Origin: an uncultured virus (IMG/VR IMGVR_UViG_3300035520_000621)
Lineage: Duplodnaviria; Heunggongvirae; Uroviricota; Caudoviricetes
IMG/VR virus record: IMGVR_UViG_3300035520_000621
Length of the DNA stretch: 64,000 nucleotides
Direction: 5' to 3' (one strand)
Shown here: positions 46,498 to 56,510 of the stretch, piece by piece
How the letters are laid out: each line of letters starts with the position of its first letter
Position numbering within the stretch: position 1 is the stretch's first letter
Notes under the pieces: model-generated
Seen by the model: only the letters and a program-made list of their open reading frames with translations
Told to the model about the DNA's origin: nothing
The model's database searches: none
Translations under genes and position numbers: made by a program

Positions 46498-47190
46498 ATG
46501 GTATCGTTAAATAAACTTGTCGAGCAGCTTGTAAAAGTCTTCGATAGTTACGAGCTAATGGAAGACTATAACCGAGACGATGTTATTTATATCTGTTTCG
46601 GTTGGGACGGTGAGGTAATGTCGCCGGCATCACGTGGCGCGTATCTTGAAACATTCGGCGCGGATATCCTTAACGCAGCTGAAGACATCGCCAAAGAAAG
46701 AGTACAGGCGCAACAGGAACAAAGGAACAACAGCCATTACGCGCGTTATTCGCGTCTCGCTGAAATGTGGTACAACAATGGTTGTACCACTCCAAAAGAG
46801 GGTGAATATATAACCCTGATTAATTCGGGGTTGAAAGGTGAGGGCGGATTAACCGGCGAGCTTGGCTCTATAAGCGAATACGGCTATCACTCGGCGCTGT
46901 GTAGGGTTGAACGGGTCATTAACCTGGAACACCTTCCGAGTTACGAGGAACTCGTTAACTTTATCCAATTATATAATATTGTCGGCGGCTCCCAATCTGA
47001 TGACATACCCGACAACTTACACATGTGGGACTTGACACCCGAACAGGTGAAAACATTTTTCCAATGTGTTACCGTCATCGTGGCGGGTGGTCAATGGTTT
47101 GCTATTGACCCACAGGGGTATGACTACCCGCGCTATATCTACGTATCACCCAAATATAAAGAGATGTTTAACCTTTGCACGGCGGAATAA
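46498..47190 (+). CDS. Hypothetical protein
   Basis: 230-aa ORF; C-terminal IDPQGYDYPRY. Confidence 0.75.
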   Translation: MVSLNKLVEQLVKVFDSYELMEDYNRDDVIYICFGWDGEVMSPASRGAYLETFGADILNAAEDIAKERVQAQQEQRNNSHYARYSRLAEMWYNNGCTTPKEGEYITLINSGLKGEGGLTGELGSISEYGYHSALCRVERVINLEHLPSYEELVNFIQLYNIVGGSQSDDIPDNLHMWDLTPEQVKTFFQCVTVIVAGGQWFAIDPQGYDYPRYIYVSPKYKEMFNLCTAE

Positions 47191-47261
47191 CTTAATAAAT
47201 AACTAATCAGGCGGGGCGGCTGCTTCTGTGGCTGCTCCTCCTGAAACAAACAAATATAACT

Positions 47262-47489
47262 ATGAAATCAAATGAAGAATTGAAAGTGTCTTACAAGATG
47301 CGCAAAGCGATTGAAAGACTTGTAAAGAAATACGGTGAACTACATACAAGTTACCGAATTGAAGACATCGCAGAAAATAGGCATAACGTCAATTATTACG
47401 ACTACTGCGATATTACGATGGACTTCGTATTTCTTAAATGCCGTGTCGCTTATGATGGCACCGTTACCCCTCTTGGATTTGTATATTAA
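47262..47489 (+). CDS. Hypothetical protein
   Basis: 75-aa ORF after a GC-rich hairpin. Confidence 0.65.
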   Translation: MKSNEELKVSYKMRKAIERLVKKYGELHTSYRIEDIAENRHNVNYYDYCDITMDFVFLKCRVAYDGTVTPLGFVY

Positions 47490-47767
47490 TTAATAAAAAA
47501 TACTATCATGGAACGATATATTTATACAATCGAACGAAATGTACATGAAAGCAGCCATATTACCGGCTGTAATATTGCAAGCTTCGATAACTTGCATTTA
47601 TACAGTTGTATAAAAATAGCCCGTATTACAATACTCCTGATATGGAGTATCACAACACCGAAGACGATCCCGACAACGATATTTATATAACTTGTTTGCG
47701 TATGTTTCCGTGGATCTTGGGGCATCTCATGTAAATTATCACTTAATTAGAGGAATGGTTTAAACTC

Positions 47768-48049
47768 ATGGAACAAAAAATCATCTACACCATCAGCTTG
47801 TTTATCCGACCAAATAGGCATGAAGACGCCGGAACGCGCAAAGAGTTGATTAATTTCAACTCATTCGCTAATGCTTGCAATTACTTGCACAACTTGCGCG
47901 TGCAATGGTTTAAGGTCCCCTCCAAACCTTCCTTATATAATCGTTACGATGAAATATCAGATTATAAAAACTCCTCATGTGTGATGCGTGAATTATACGA
48001 CCCGTTTAACTCTCGCGTATCTTATGAGTTAGTTAGAACGCCCAAATAA
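47768..48049 (+). CDS. Hypothetical protein
   Basis: 93-aa ORF. Confidence 0.6.
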   Translation: MEQKIIYTISLFIRPNRHEDAGTRKELINFNSFANACNYLHNLRVQWFKVPSKPSLYNRYDEISDYKNSSCVMRELYDPFNSRVSYELVRTPK

Positions 48050-48068
48050 TAAATAATATAATAAGACG

Positions 48069-49586
48069 ATGAAGCAATTTAAACAAACCTTCCAAACGTG
48101 GTTATTAAGCCATGTTAGCGACTGCGCTGCTGCTCTCGGCATCATGCCGGGGCAGTGCGTGACGGCTAAAACTTTCGACTTTGCAAAGTACAAGTTAAAA
48201 GACAATGCACTCGATATGCTAACATTTGAGTATGACAGTTATACGGCATCCTTCCCGGTGTGTCGTGTGTTTAATGTGTTGTTTCAGCTCGGATACAAAA
48301 AAGAAATCGTGGTTAAACAAACGATTGACAATGTTACGACTAATAACGTTGTTGCTGATGTTGATATGCAGCTACCCGACCTAACTAAAGTGAAATCATG
48401 CTTCTGTGATTGGTCGGAAACGTACAATTGTATCCATATAGACTTATTGCATGGTGCTATCGTAGCCTCCAATCGCCAAGTGATAAAGTATTATCATGCT
48501 CCGTTGTTGTCCACACACAAACAAGATTATCGTTTTGGCACGATTGACAAAAAAGATATCCAGGCATTAAGCAATCAGAGAGTGCGCGTAATCGTTGACG
48601 AGGTTGTAACAAACAATTATATTACATACATCATTACGGAGGATGGCACATTGTATGCTCATGGCTACGTTGGCAGACCTTTTGACTACAACTATGTTTT
48701 TAGGCATATAGCCTATAATCCGGATGATGCTGTTATACTTGACAAGTCAGGATACAAGCAGCTCTTAGTTGTTAAACCTGCACCCAAAGCAAATCACGTT
48801 GATAAAATGGTTATTGTCAAATATCAAGACGGCGAGATTACGGCAGAATATAATGATACAAACTTAATTGAGACCACAAAGCGCACTATTACAGCGGCTA
48901 ATAATCCCGACGTGCATTATAACGGTAATATCGAGATTAACAATCTCGTGTCGCTTAAAGAGTTTCAAGCAGATAAGTTGTATTTTGCTGATGACTGTTA
49001 TTTGTTGGCAACCAATAAGGATGGTATATTTGTTTCGGCTGTCCATGGCTGTCGATGTGATACTAAAGCGACAAATAACGCTATCGAGCTAATTGAGACC
49101 GTTTCAGGCGATGAAATCATTAAAGTTGCGGAAGTTATCACGACATTTACAGAAGTCGCTGAAATCGCAATAAAACGCGCTCAATTGACAAACAAAGCAA
49201 ACGAGTTACGACAGCTCGCAAAGGAAGCCGGCGTAAGTCTTACAGATTTATTTCCTGAGCTTACACAAGCCAAACAAGAGCAAGAGCCAATACCATCTGT
49301 TAATTGTACCAATGATGCTAATTTGTCACAAAATGACAAACGAGCAAAAGCAAGAGTAAGGCGATGGCACCGACATAGAAGTTTACAGCGTATCGGACAA
49401 ACAAAACGGAGAGTTGTAAAAGCTTGCAGCAGCCGGATATCTCACTTTGTGGTTAAAAATGCGGTTATTGCTCCAATTGTCAAGACCGCACCAAGACCGC
49501 CGACAATAAAATATCATATAATCCGACAGCCAACAACCGGGAAACCCGACTATTATATGCAAACAACAAAAAAACGCTTAAAATGA
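48069..49586 (+). CDS. Hypothetical protein, possibly with a beta-clamp-like domain
   Basis: 505 aa; GAIVASNRQVI and GRPFDYNYVF loosely recall the DnaN ATDGHRL and G.FP.Y..V motifs. Confidence 0.6.
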   Translation: MKQFKQTFQTWLLSHVSDCAAALGIMPGQCVTAKTFDFAKYKLKDNALDMLTFEYDSYTASFPVCRVFNVLFQLGYKKEIVVKQTIDNVTTNNVVADVDMQLPDLTKVKSCFCDWSETYNCIHIDLLHGAIVASNRQVIKYYHAPLLSTHKQDYRFGTIDKKDIQALSNQRVRVIVDEVVTNNYITYIITEDGTLYAHGYVGRPFDYNYVFRHIAYNPDDAVILDKSGYKQLLVVKPAPKANHVDKMVIVKYQDGEITAEYNDTNLIETTKRTITAANNPDVHYNGNIEINNLVSLKEFQADKLYFADDCYLLATNKDGIFVSAVHGCRCDTKATNNAIELIETVSGDEIIKVAEVITTFTEVAEIAIKRAQLTNKANELRQLAKEAGVSLTDLFPELTQAKQEQEPIPSVNCTNDANLSQNDKRAKARVRRWHRHRSLQRIGQTKRRVVKACSSRISHFVVKNAVIAPIVKTAPRPPTIKYHIIRQPTTGKPDYYMQTTKKRLK

Positions 49587-49783
49587 AAAATAAAACACCC
49601 CGACCAATAAAAACCTTCAGGGTCACGACAAACTCGGAGAATTATTTGGCGTATCTCCGAGCGCGTATCCCGAATTTTGAGTTAACGGCATATCTAAATA
49701 AGCTGATATATCAAGAGAGTATTGACGATCAATTGTACAATCCCCAAAGAGATTACAGGAGGCAACAAGATGATAACGCTTAA
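49583..49783 (+). CDS. Small putative RHH-like DNA-binding protein
   Basis: 66 aa, IKTFRV followed by two helices; coupled to both neighbours. Confidence 0.5.
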   Translation: MKNKTPRPIKTFRVTTNSENYLAYLRARIPNFELTAYLNKLIYQESIDDQLYNPQRDYRRQQDDNA

Positions 49784-50594
49784 AGATGCTTTCGCGGCGA
49801 AATATCCGCAATATGTACATATCCTTAATTACTTCGAGGAAGCCACAGGCTTAGCAGCGACATGGGAAAATCTCAGTCGGTCAAGACTCGAACTGATGGT
49901 AGACTATATGCACAATCTTCATGAGCTTTCGCCCAATACGGTGTCACAGTATTGCACGAAGTTGAAAGCAGTGATAAACCGTTACCGCGATGATATAGAC
50001 TTACCGCGTGATTACGGCAAAACGCTGTCACCCCGCAGAGTTAAGTCTGTCGCGACATGGCTAACGGATGATGAGCTATCGAAATTAGCAGCATACAAAC
50101 CGCAGACCCTGACGGAGCGAATAGTCAAGACGCAGTTCCTCCTCGGAGCTTATACCGGCGCGAGACATTCTGACTTTATGACATTCGATTTCACAAATGT
50201 TGTCGATGGTTATATTAGTTACGTCTCAATTAAGACCCACATATTAGCCACAATCCCACTAAAACCAATTGTAAGGGATTTGCTAAACGACATGGTGAGG
50301 AAGGAGGTGACTTTGCCGACATTCAATAGCACATTGCAGCGCATGGCTCGTAGCTGTGGCATTACATCTAAAGTCAGGATATACAAAGCGGGTAAAGATA
50401 TTACGGCTGAAAAATGTGATATAATCAGCAGCCACACAGCGAGACGCTCGTTTGCTTCAAATCTCTATCTCCATGGCTGTGACATATACAGTATTTCTAA
50501 AATGATGGGTCACACTAATATAGAGACGACTAACAAGTATATAGTCTGTGGCATCCGTCACCATTCGGAGCAGGTATTACAATATTTTGCGTAA
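49770..50594 (+). CDS. Tyrosine recombinase (short, no arm-binding domain)
   Basis: TGARHSD, SHTARRSFA, MMGH, KY catalytic residues; probable start MITLK. Confidence 0.9.
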   Translation: MITLKDAFAAKYPQYVHILNYFEEATGLAATWENLSRSRLELMVDYMHNLHELSPNTVSQYCTKLKAVINRYRDDIDLPRDYGKTLSPRRVKSVATWLTDDELSKLAAYKPQTLTERIVKTQFLLGAYTGARHSDFMTFDFTNVVDGYISYVSIKTHILATIPLKPIVRDLLNDMVRKEVTLPTFNSTLQRMARSCGITSKVRIYKAGKDITAEKCDIISSHTARRSFASNLYLHGCDIYSISKMMGHTNIETTNKYIVCGIRHHSEQVLQYFA

Positions 50595-50621
50595 TTCAAC
50601 ATTATTAGCTATATTCGCAAC

Positions 50622-50855
50622 ATGATAATCGGTATAATAGTATGGCTCGTAATAATATTGATGATGGCTTATGTAGCTTGCCCTGATTTGCTAATAGTCT
50701 TCTTGATATTAGCGACTATCGGCGCGATAAAAATCGCGTTGGTAGCTCGCAAGGATGCCAAAGAGAGAAAACGTATTTTGGCTGAATTTGAGGATGCCCA
50801 AACTCAACAGCCGAAAGAAGAATATGAAATTGAACATCTAATAGATATATTTTAA
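50622..50855 (+). CDS. Small membrane protein
   Basis: Two TM helices followed by a charged tail. Confidence 0.6.
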   Translation: MIIGIIVWLVIILMMAYVACPDLLIVFLILATIGAIKIALVARKDAKERKRILAEFEDAQTQQPKEEYEIEHLIDIF

Positions 50856-50876
50856 CTAAACTAACCCTAAAACAAA

Positions 50877-51581
50877 ATGAAAGAAGAACTTTATTGTATC
50901 GTGCGAAGCGGTGGCGGCAAAGATGCTGCGAGAACCAAACTTTGTAAACCCGGCAATGTGTACCTATGGGATAATAATGACGGCTTGGGCTATTTGCTCG
51001 AAGAAGCTAAAGAGGCTCTACGAAATATCGCTGCATACGATAATACGTACTACGATGATGATGATTTCGAAACCATCGTCAAGGCTTACGCCGAAGACCA
51101 AGAAATTACAACCGAGGAAGCGAGAAAATCAGCCACATGGTACAAAGGTGCCGGCTATTATGATAATGAGTGCAATCTTGTGTATCGCGAGGGTGAAACA
51201 AGCTACTCGGAGGATGGCGTCACTTACAGCATCGAAGACCATCTTATTAGTCTAAAAGTTAAGCTTGGAGCTTATGGCTTCGAAACAAAAGAGGATTTTG
51301 CTAAAGCAGCGCTCGGCGGGGTAGCGACTACGAACGGAGACCCTTTCGCTCTCGAAGAAGATGCTTACGAAGACTTCAAACTCGAACTTGTCAGAGCGTT
51401 TTGTATCGAAAAATTGACTCCGGAAGACGATGACTTTGATGAATATGAATGGGAAAGTGCTACCCGACGACTCGACTTCGAGAACCCTGCTGATGTGACA
51501 GCTATCTATATCGTACAAGGCTATGACCCAAGCGACAAGATTTTTGTCTGTCTCGATGACGACAATCTGCTATGGAGATAG
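50877..51581 (+). CDS. Acidic hypothetical protein
   Basis: 234 aa, very D/E-rich. Confidence 0.7.
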   Translation: MKEELYCIVRSGGGKDAARTKLCKPGNVYLWDNNDGLGYLLEEAKEALRNIAAYDNTYYDDDDFETIVKAYAEDQEITTEEARKSATWYKGAGYYDNECNLVYREGETSYSEDGVTYSIEDHLISLKVKLGAYGFETKEDFAKAALGGVATTNGDPFALEEDAYEDFKLELVRAFCIEKLTPEDDDFDEYEWESATRRLDFENPADVTAIYIVQGYDPSDKIFVCLDDDNLLWR

Positions 51582-51727
51582 ATTATCGCAACTTTAAATA
51601 AACAGAATATGGGCGAGGGAAGTTATATGGTATGATTACGCTGACGTTGTGCCTGATGAAGCAATCGACGCAGCAGCTTCAATTCTTGCGCATTACTTGT
51701 TTAAGCGAAGAAGATAACTCAAAAACC

Positions 51728-52201
51728 TTATACGACAGCAGAGGCATAGTTATTTTGCTTCTGCTGTTGTTTTTGTACTAACTGCGAGTGCTGCTTCTGC
51801 CTAATCATAGAAACAATTTCATCTGCTATTTGTGCAACAGAGTCTATTGCCAAACTAAACACGGTAAATCCCATTTCTTCAATATCAGATATTCGTTGGC
51901 TATGGTATATCCATTTGACATTGACAACAGCAACATCTATACAACCAACAACAAGGTCAATAAACCTCAACCGCTTCTCGTCCCAACCAACAGGGAAACA
52001 CAGCTTAAACGAGACTCCACGTCTACGCAATATTTCGGCTAAAGCAATAACCTTCGGGGATATTCCATTCGCATTTACAGCCCTAAACTCTAACAAACGC
52101 TCAGGTAAAACATTCTCGTAATCATCAAACAAACAGAACTCATTAGCGAAGTCCTTTCTCCAATCATATTCAGGTTCAACAAATCTTAGCTTCTGTTTCA
52201 T
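51728..52201 (-). CDS. Hypothetical protein, possible degenerate Vsr/DUF559-like nuclease fold
   Basis: SP...LAEILRRRGVSF...RFIDL...MGFTV pattern. Confidence 0.5.
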   Translation of the reverse strand: MKQKLRFVEPEYDWRKDFANEFCLFDDYENVLPERLLEFRAVNANGISPKVIALAEILRRRGVSFKLCFPVGWDEKRLRFIDLVVGCIDVAVVNVKWIYHSQRISDIEEMGFTVFSLAIDSVAQIADEIVSMIRQKQHSQLVQKQQQKQNNYASAVV

Positions 52202-52317
52202 ATCCTATACTATACTTTGATGATAATTGTCGGAGGCTACCGCCTCCTCCATTGTTTTTTCTCTCTTCACAACTAATAAAAGGTGTTTTTTATGGGAACA
52301 CGTGTTCCACCCTAATT

Positions 52318-53217
52318 TCAAAATTCGGGAATTTTAAAATCAAACGCCTTTTCAAGCTCGCCAAAGCTGCCAACGCCAAAGGTATAACCTGACAAATATT
52401 GCTTATGACGAGTGCGAGCTTCGTCGCGATTAAAACGATACTGACAAATATCAGTCACACTATACATTGGGGGTTTTCTTAAATACAAATAATTACCCCA
52501 TCGGAATAGATAACCGGGTAAGCCGTAATCGTCTTTATTGTACATGATAGTGTCAAATCGCCAACCGTCATCGGTTATCTTCATGATGCGGGCTGAGTCG
52601 TCTTTCCTTGTGAGTAATCCGCGCTCAACAACATCTGCAATAAGCTGACGAGCCTTGCTCTTTGACACGTGCATATTCTCTGCTGCTCGTTGTGCTGATA
52701 ATCCCTGTAATACGCTTTCCTTCGTTTCAGGCACGCGTTTTAGAAGCTTCACACTCCTCCTGTATTGAGAGATAGTGCGAGCATCCTTCACAACTATTTC
52801 TGCATCCTGAATACTTCGGTTAAGCCTAACCAAGTTAATCAGCACAATCTGACGGAGACGGTTTTGAACATCTCGCAGAGTATATTGACATTTATGATTT
52901 TTAATTTTCCCGACGTTGCGCAACGGCATATTATAGAGAGCCATGATACCTTTCTTCTCAACCTCTAATGGATTGGCGATGATATTGTTCCCCTCGCGGC
53001 GAAGGTAACCATTTTCAACGCCATGCCGTAATATACGCGACATCTTAGTAGACCCAATGCCAAACAACGCCTTACAACGTCTGACTGTGGCGTTATGGAT
53101 ACATGATGAGCCATAGGTCAATTTGACCAACACAGCAAAAGCGAAGCACTCAAATTCATGAGAGCCTGCGCTTATAGCTAATTCGGCTGTTTTTATCGGT
53201 ATCCGTAGATCTGCCAT
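52318..53217 (-). CDS. Basic protein with two wHTH-like segments, possible replication initiator
   Basis: ALFGIGSTKMSRILRHGVENGYL and AENMHVSKSKARQLIADVVERGLL. Confidence 0.55.
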   Translation of the reverse strand: MADLRIPIKTAELAISAGSHEFECFAFAVLVKLTYGSSCIHNATVRRCKALFGIGSTKMSRILRHGVENGYLRREGNNIIANPLEVEKKGIMALYNMPLRNVGKIKNHKCQYTLRDVQNRLRQIVLINLVRLNRSIQDAEIVVKDARTISQYRRSVKLLKRVPETKESVLQGLSAQRAAENMHVSKSKARQLIADVVERGLLTRKDDSARIMKITDDGWRFDTIMYNKDDYGLPGYLFRWGNYLYLRKPPMYSVTDICQYRFNRDEARTRHKQYLSGYTFGVGSFGELEKAFDFKIPEF

Positions 53218-53643
53218 AGGGTTACTTTAAATTTGCGGCAAAGATAATTCACGCTTTTCAAAAAAACAAATGCCAAAAATCGCAAAATTCTTGTATTACA
53301 GAAAATTTGCAAATAGCTATATATCAATATTTTACAAAATTCTTGTAATACAAAAATAGATATTGTAGTTTGTACAATAAGCCCCTAAATTTTAACAGAA
53401 TTTGTGAACCCCAAAGATATTGTATTTTCAACAAAGTTTAAATTTTTGAATTTCAGTTGATTTATAGAGTACTTATTGTAAATTTAACATATTCATTTTC
53501 TCAAATTATATAAATGTTTTGGGATATATCGGGATATATCGGGATAAATGAAATTTGCACAAAATAGGCAAAAATGGGGCAAACACAAAAAGAGCCTCAA
53601 AAACAACGTTTCGAGGCTCGTTATTTATGGTTTTTTAACAAAT

Positions 53644-54789
53644 TTACTTCTGTTTCAGCAGGTTTTCAAGCCTGTCAAACTCTTTTTCAACAGACTCGTT
53701 AAGTACTTTGGCGTAGATTTGTGTTATTTGAATATTAGTGTGACCCATCATTTCAGCGAGAGTTTCGATACTACACCCATTATTCAAACACCACACAGCA
53801 AACGAGTGCCTTGCCATGTGTGATGATAGTGCTACATTGATTTCAGCAGCTTCAGCAATTACCTTCAGACGCATATTGTATTGTTGATTGCTAATTACAG
53901 GCAGTTTGTAATTGTATTTCTTGAGAATTTCCAACGCAGGAGACAGCAAGACAATGTAAAAATCCTCGTCTGTCTTCTTGCGCACATCGTGTACAATATA
54001 TTTGCCGTCACGCTCGATAATTTGGGAAAAATCAAATTTCGCCAAATCAGCGTATGCCATGCCGGTATAACATTGAAACAAAAACAAGTCACGCGCTCTG
54101 TCAACCGTTGGCATGGTGAGTTTTACAGCCGCCAAACGGTTAATTTCAGGTTGCGTCAGGTATTTGCGAATACGAGATTTGCCGCGATCAATCTTCACGC
54201 CTTGATATGGGTTCTTGTCAATCAGTTCCTCATTAAGTGCAAGATAAACATAAGTCTTCATCGTCTTGTGATACGATTGCACAGTAGCCTGAACATAGTT
54301 GCGGTCATGCAGCCAATTGTCAAATGCAAGTATGTTCGAGCGGTTCAAATCTGTCATATACTTGATTTTGCCATACTGTTTCAGTACAGTAATAAGTTTG
54401 AGTTGCGTCTTCTTTGTCGATAAACGCAAGTCAGCCCTGTTTTTGATTTTGTTCTCAGCGTACTCGATGAAGTTGTCAACCTTCCGTTCATCGGCGGTCA
54501 TGAAGCGAGCGAGTTTATCAAAGTTAAACTCTTCGCCCTTGATGGAAAGCTCATTTATCCACGTGATAACTCGATTATATTGCACTTGTAAGCTCTCATT
54601 GTAATCTAATAAGTGGATATTGCGTATAACTTTACCGTCCTTCCATTGGTCGGAGAACAGCCTGATGCCCGTCGAGAAATATCTTCGTTTTCTCTGATAG
54701 GTTACTTCAAGTTGGACGAGTGCCAACTTTGTTTTCGTGGCTTGGTGCTTTCGGTCAAACACAAGCCTCACAGTTGGGTAGTTAGTCAT
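53644..54789 (-). CDS. Integrase (tyrosine recombinase with arm-binding and SAM-like domains)
   Basis: RLVFDRK...YFSTGI arm domain; YTGMAYADL, SHMARHSFA, MGHTNI.ITQIYA (Bacteroidota IntN/IntDOT-like). Confidence 0.95.
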   Translation of the reverse strand: MTNYPTVRLVFDRKHQATKTKLALVQLEVTYQRKRRYFSTGIRLFSDQWKDGKVIRNIHLLDYNESLQVQYNRVITWINELSIKGEEFNFDKLARFMTADERKVDNFIEYAENKIKNRADLRLSTKKTQLKLITVLKQYGKIKYMTDLNRSNILAFDNWLHDRNYVQATVQSYHKTMKTYVYLALNEELIDKNPYQGVKIDRGKSRIRKYLTQPEINRLAAVKLTMPTVDRARDLFLFQCYTGMAYADLAKFDFSQIIERDGKYIVHDVRKKTDEDFYIVLLSPALEILKKYNYKLPVISNQQYNMRLKVIAEAAEINVALSSHMARHSFAVWCLNNGCSIETLAEMMGHTNIQITQIYAKVLNESVEKEFDRLENLLKQK

Positions 54790-54810
54790 TTTGATTGGAT
54801 TATGTAAGGT

Positions 54811-55082
54811 GGTATCACACTCGGTATCACATCGGTATCACATAATCGGGAAATATCGGGATAAATCGGGATAAACCGAAACAGCGTTAAAAGGTGTAAA
54901 ATGCCAATTTTATAGCCATAACAGCTTATTAACCCGATACATAGACCCTGAAAATGCCAAAAAAGCCACCTCAGTGTAAGGTGGCTTTGTGACCTCGGAG
55001 GGGTTTGAACCTTACTTTTAATTGGTTGGTTTATAATATTTTCAGAATATCGGTATCACATTGGTATCACATTGGTATCACA
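54811..55082. mobile_element. Probable attP: arm-type repeats flanking a tRNA 3' fragment core
   Basis: GGTATCACA x3 at 54811/54823/54834 and x3 at 55052/55063/55074; core GGTTCAAACCCCTCCGAGGTCAC on minus strand at 54989-55011; hairpin at 54962-54988. Confidence 0.8.
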
Positions 55083-55084
55083 GC

Positions 55085-55534
55085 TCATTTTCTATTTAAC
55101 ATTTCAAGTAAAGTAGAGATTTGCGCATCCTTTGTTTTTAGTAAGTCAAGCAGTTTGTCTACGTAGTCAGGAGTGTTGCGATGATAGCTCATGGCTTGAT
55201 AATCCTCGACCTCTCCAATTTCAGGAAAATCGTCATTCGTCTCAACATTTTCGGTGGGTTCGTTGTTGTCTTGGCAACTATCACCATTTAACTCGTTTGT
55301 ATGAATAAGCATATCACCGTCACCAAGCAGCACCCAATATATAGACAATTCAGGAAATTGTTGAATAAGTTGTGCCAACCCTTCTGCACTGATGCTTGGA
55401 GTTTTGGCGATATATCCGGGGGCTTTATTTAGAGCCTTATCAATAGTGGAATTATTATGCCCACATTCGTTGGCGAATTTTCTAACTCTATCGGCAATTG
55501 CCAAAGATATGGCTTTGTTTTTCTCATTAACCAT
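55085..55534 (-). CDS. Putative CI-like repressor
   Basis: HTH-like N-terminus, FPELSIYWVLLGDGDM motif; divergent from the early lytic genes. Confidence 0.7.
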   Translation of the reverse strand: MVNEKNKAISLAIADRVRKFANECGHNNSTIDKALNKAPGYIAKTPSISAEGLAQLIQQFPELSIYWVLLGDGDMLIHTNELNGDSCQDNNEPTENVETNDDFPEIGEVEDYQAMSYHRNTPDYVDKLLDLLKTKDAQISTLLEMLNRK

Positions 55535-55761
55535 AGCGAATAAACTAATAAAAATTGTTAATACTTTGTCTGTTACCCAAACATATTTGGAAAGTTGGGA
55601 TATTCGCTATATATTTGCATCGAAAAAAGAAAATTATAGCGAAAAAGACATAGGAATAGCCGACAGCTTAAAAGTAGCTATCTTATTAATTCTCAGTGCA
55701 AAATTAGTTGTCGGCTTTACATTTTGCAAACATAAAAGTGTTAAAATTTCAGCGAGAGAAA

Positions 55762-55962
55762 ATGTCGACATTAAAATATCATTTGGATGTAATGTCAAAG
55801 CGGGATACATTGTTGCTCCCGTGTACGGATGCGAAGCAAGCAGACAACCTAAAGAGTCGCATCTATTATTACGGAAGAACGTACCCGCGAAAGGACGGTA
55901 TGCGATATTCAATTGATGTTGACAAGTATTTTAAATTCGTTAAAGTAACGCTCAAAAAATAA
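55762..55962 (+). CDS. Small basic protein (Cro position)
   Basis: Probable start MSTLKY; first gene of the rightward operon. Confidence 0.55.
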   Translation: MSTLKYHLDVMSKRDTLLLPCTDAKQADNLKSRIYYYGRTYPRKDGMRYSIDVDKYFKFVKVTLKK

Positions 55963-55973
55963 AACTTACTACC

Positions 55974-56231
55974 ATGTTGACGAATGAAGACTTGGAAGCG
56001 ATAACCGAAGCATTCCGTAATGTTATCAAAAACGAGATGCACGATATGATTGACGATGCACTGCAAGAGAAACGTAATACATTTCTCTCTGCTGCTGAGA
56101 CCGCCAAGTTAATAGGTTGCTCGGTCAAAACCTTATATTCCAAGTCGTGCAAAATTCCCCACACCAAAGTAGGTAAGTACCTTCAATTCTCGCGCGATGA
56201 TGTGCTGAGATATTTGGGTATTTTGAAATGA
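55974..56231 (+). CDS. Excisionase-like HTH protein
   Basis: FLSAAETAKLIGCSVKTLY...IPHTKVGKYLQF. Confidence 0.8.
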   Translation: MLTNEDLEAITEAFRNVIKNEMHDMIDDALQEKRNTFLSAAETAKLIGCSVKTLYSKSCKIPHTKVGKYLQFSRDDVLRYLGILK

Positions 56232-56510
56232 TTTTATCAAAAAGAGAACATTGAAATATTGGATATGAAATAAAATGATGCGAGTACGGACTCGACATCA
56301 TGCACGTAACATACCAACGTGTGCTACAATGGGTATGCGCTGATTATATAGCGACCTATATAATGTAATTCTATGACAATTCAACTTTATCGTTGGATTT
56401 TTAAACTGTTCAAAATAATTACAACATATACAACGCGGTGGCTTCCACAGATATATTTCTGACTGTTTCTTGCAAAGTTAAGTGGGTCACCGCGTTTTTT
56501 TTAATTTGGA

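Noticed and set aside
47508..47690. 60-aa ORF as a confident gene
   Set aside because: Plausible start but the C-terminal half looks out of frame; cannot tell gene from remnant
54989..55011. Complete tRNA gene
   Set aside because: Only the 3' 23 nt are present; interpreted as the att core
54811..55082. CRISPR array (also considered for 40273-40312 and 42930-43170)
   Set aside because: Repeats are 9-19 nt with 0-3-nt gaps, no unique spacers and no cas genes
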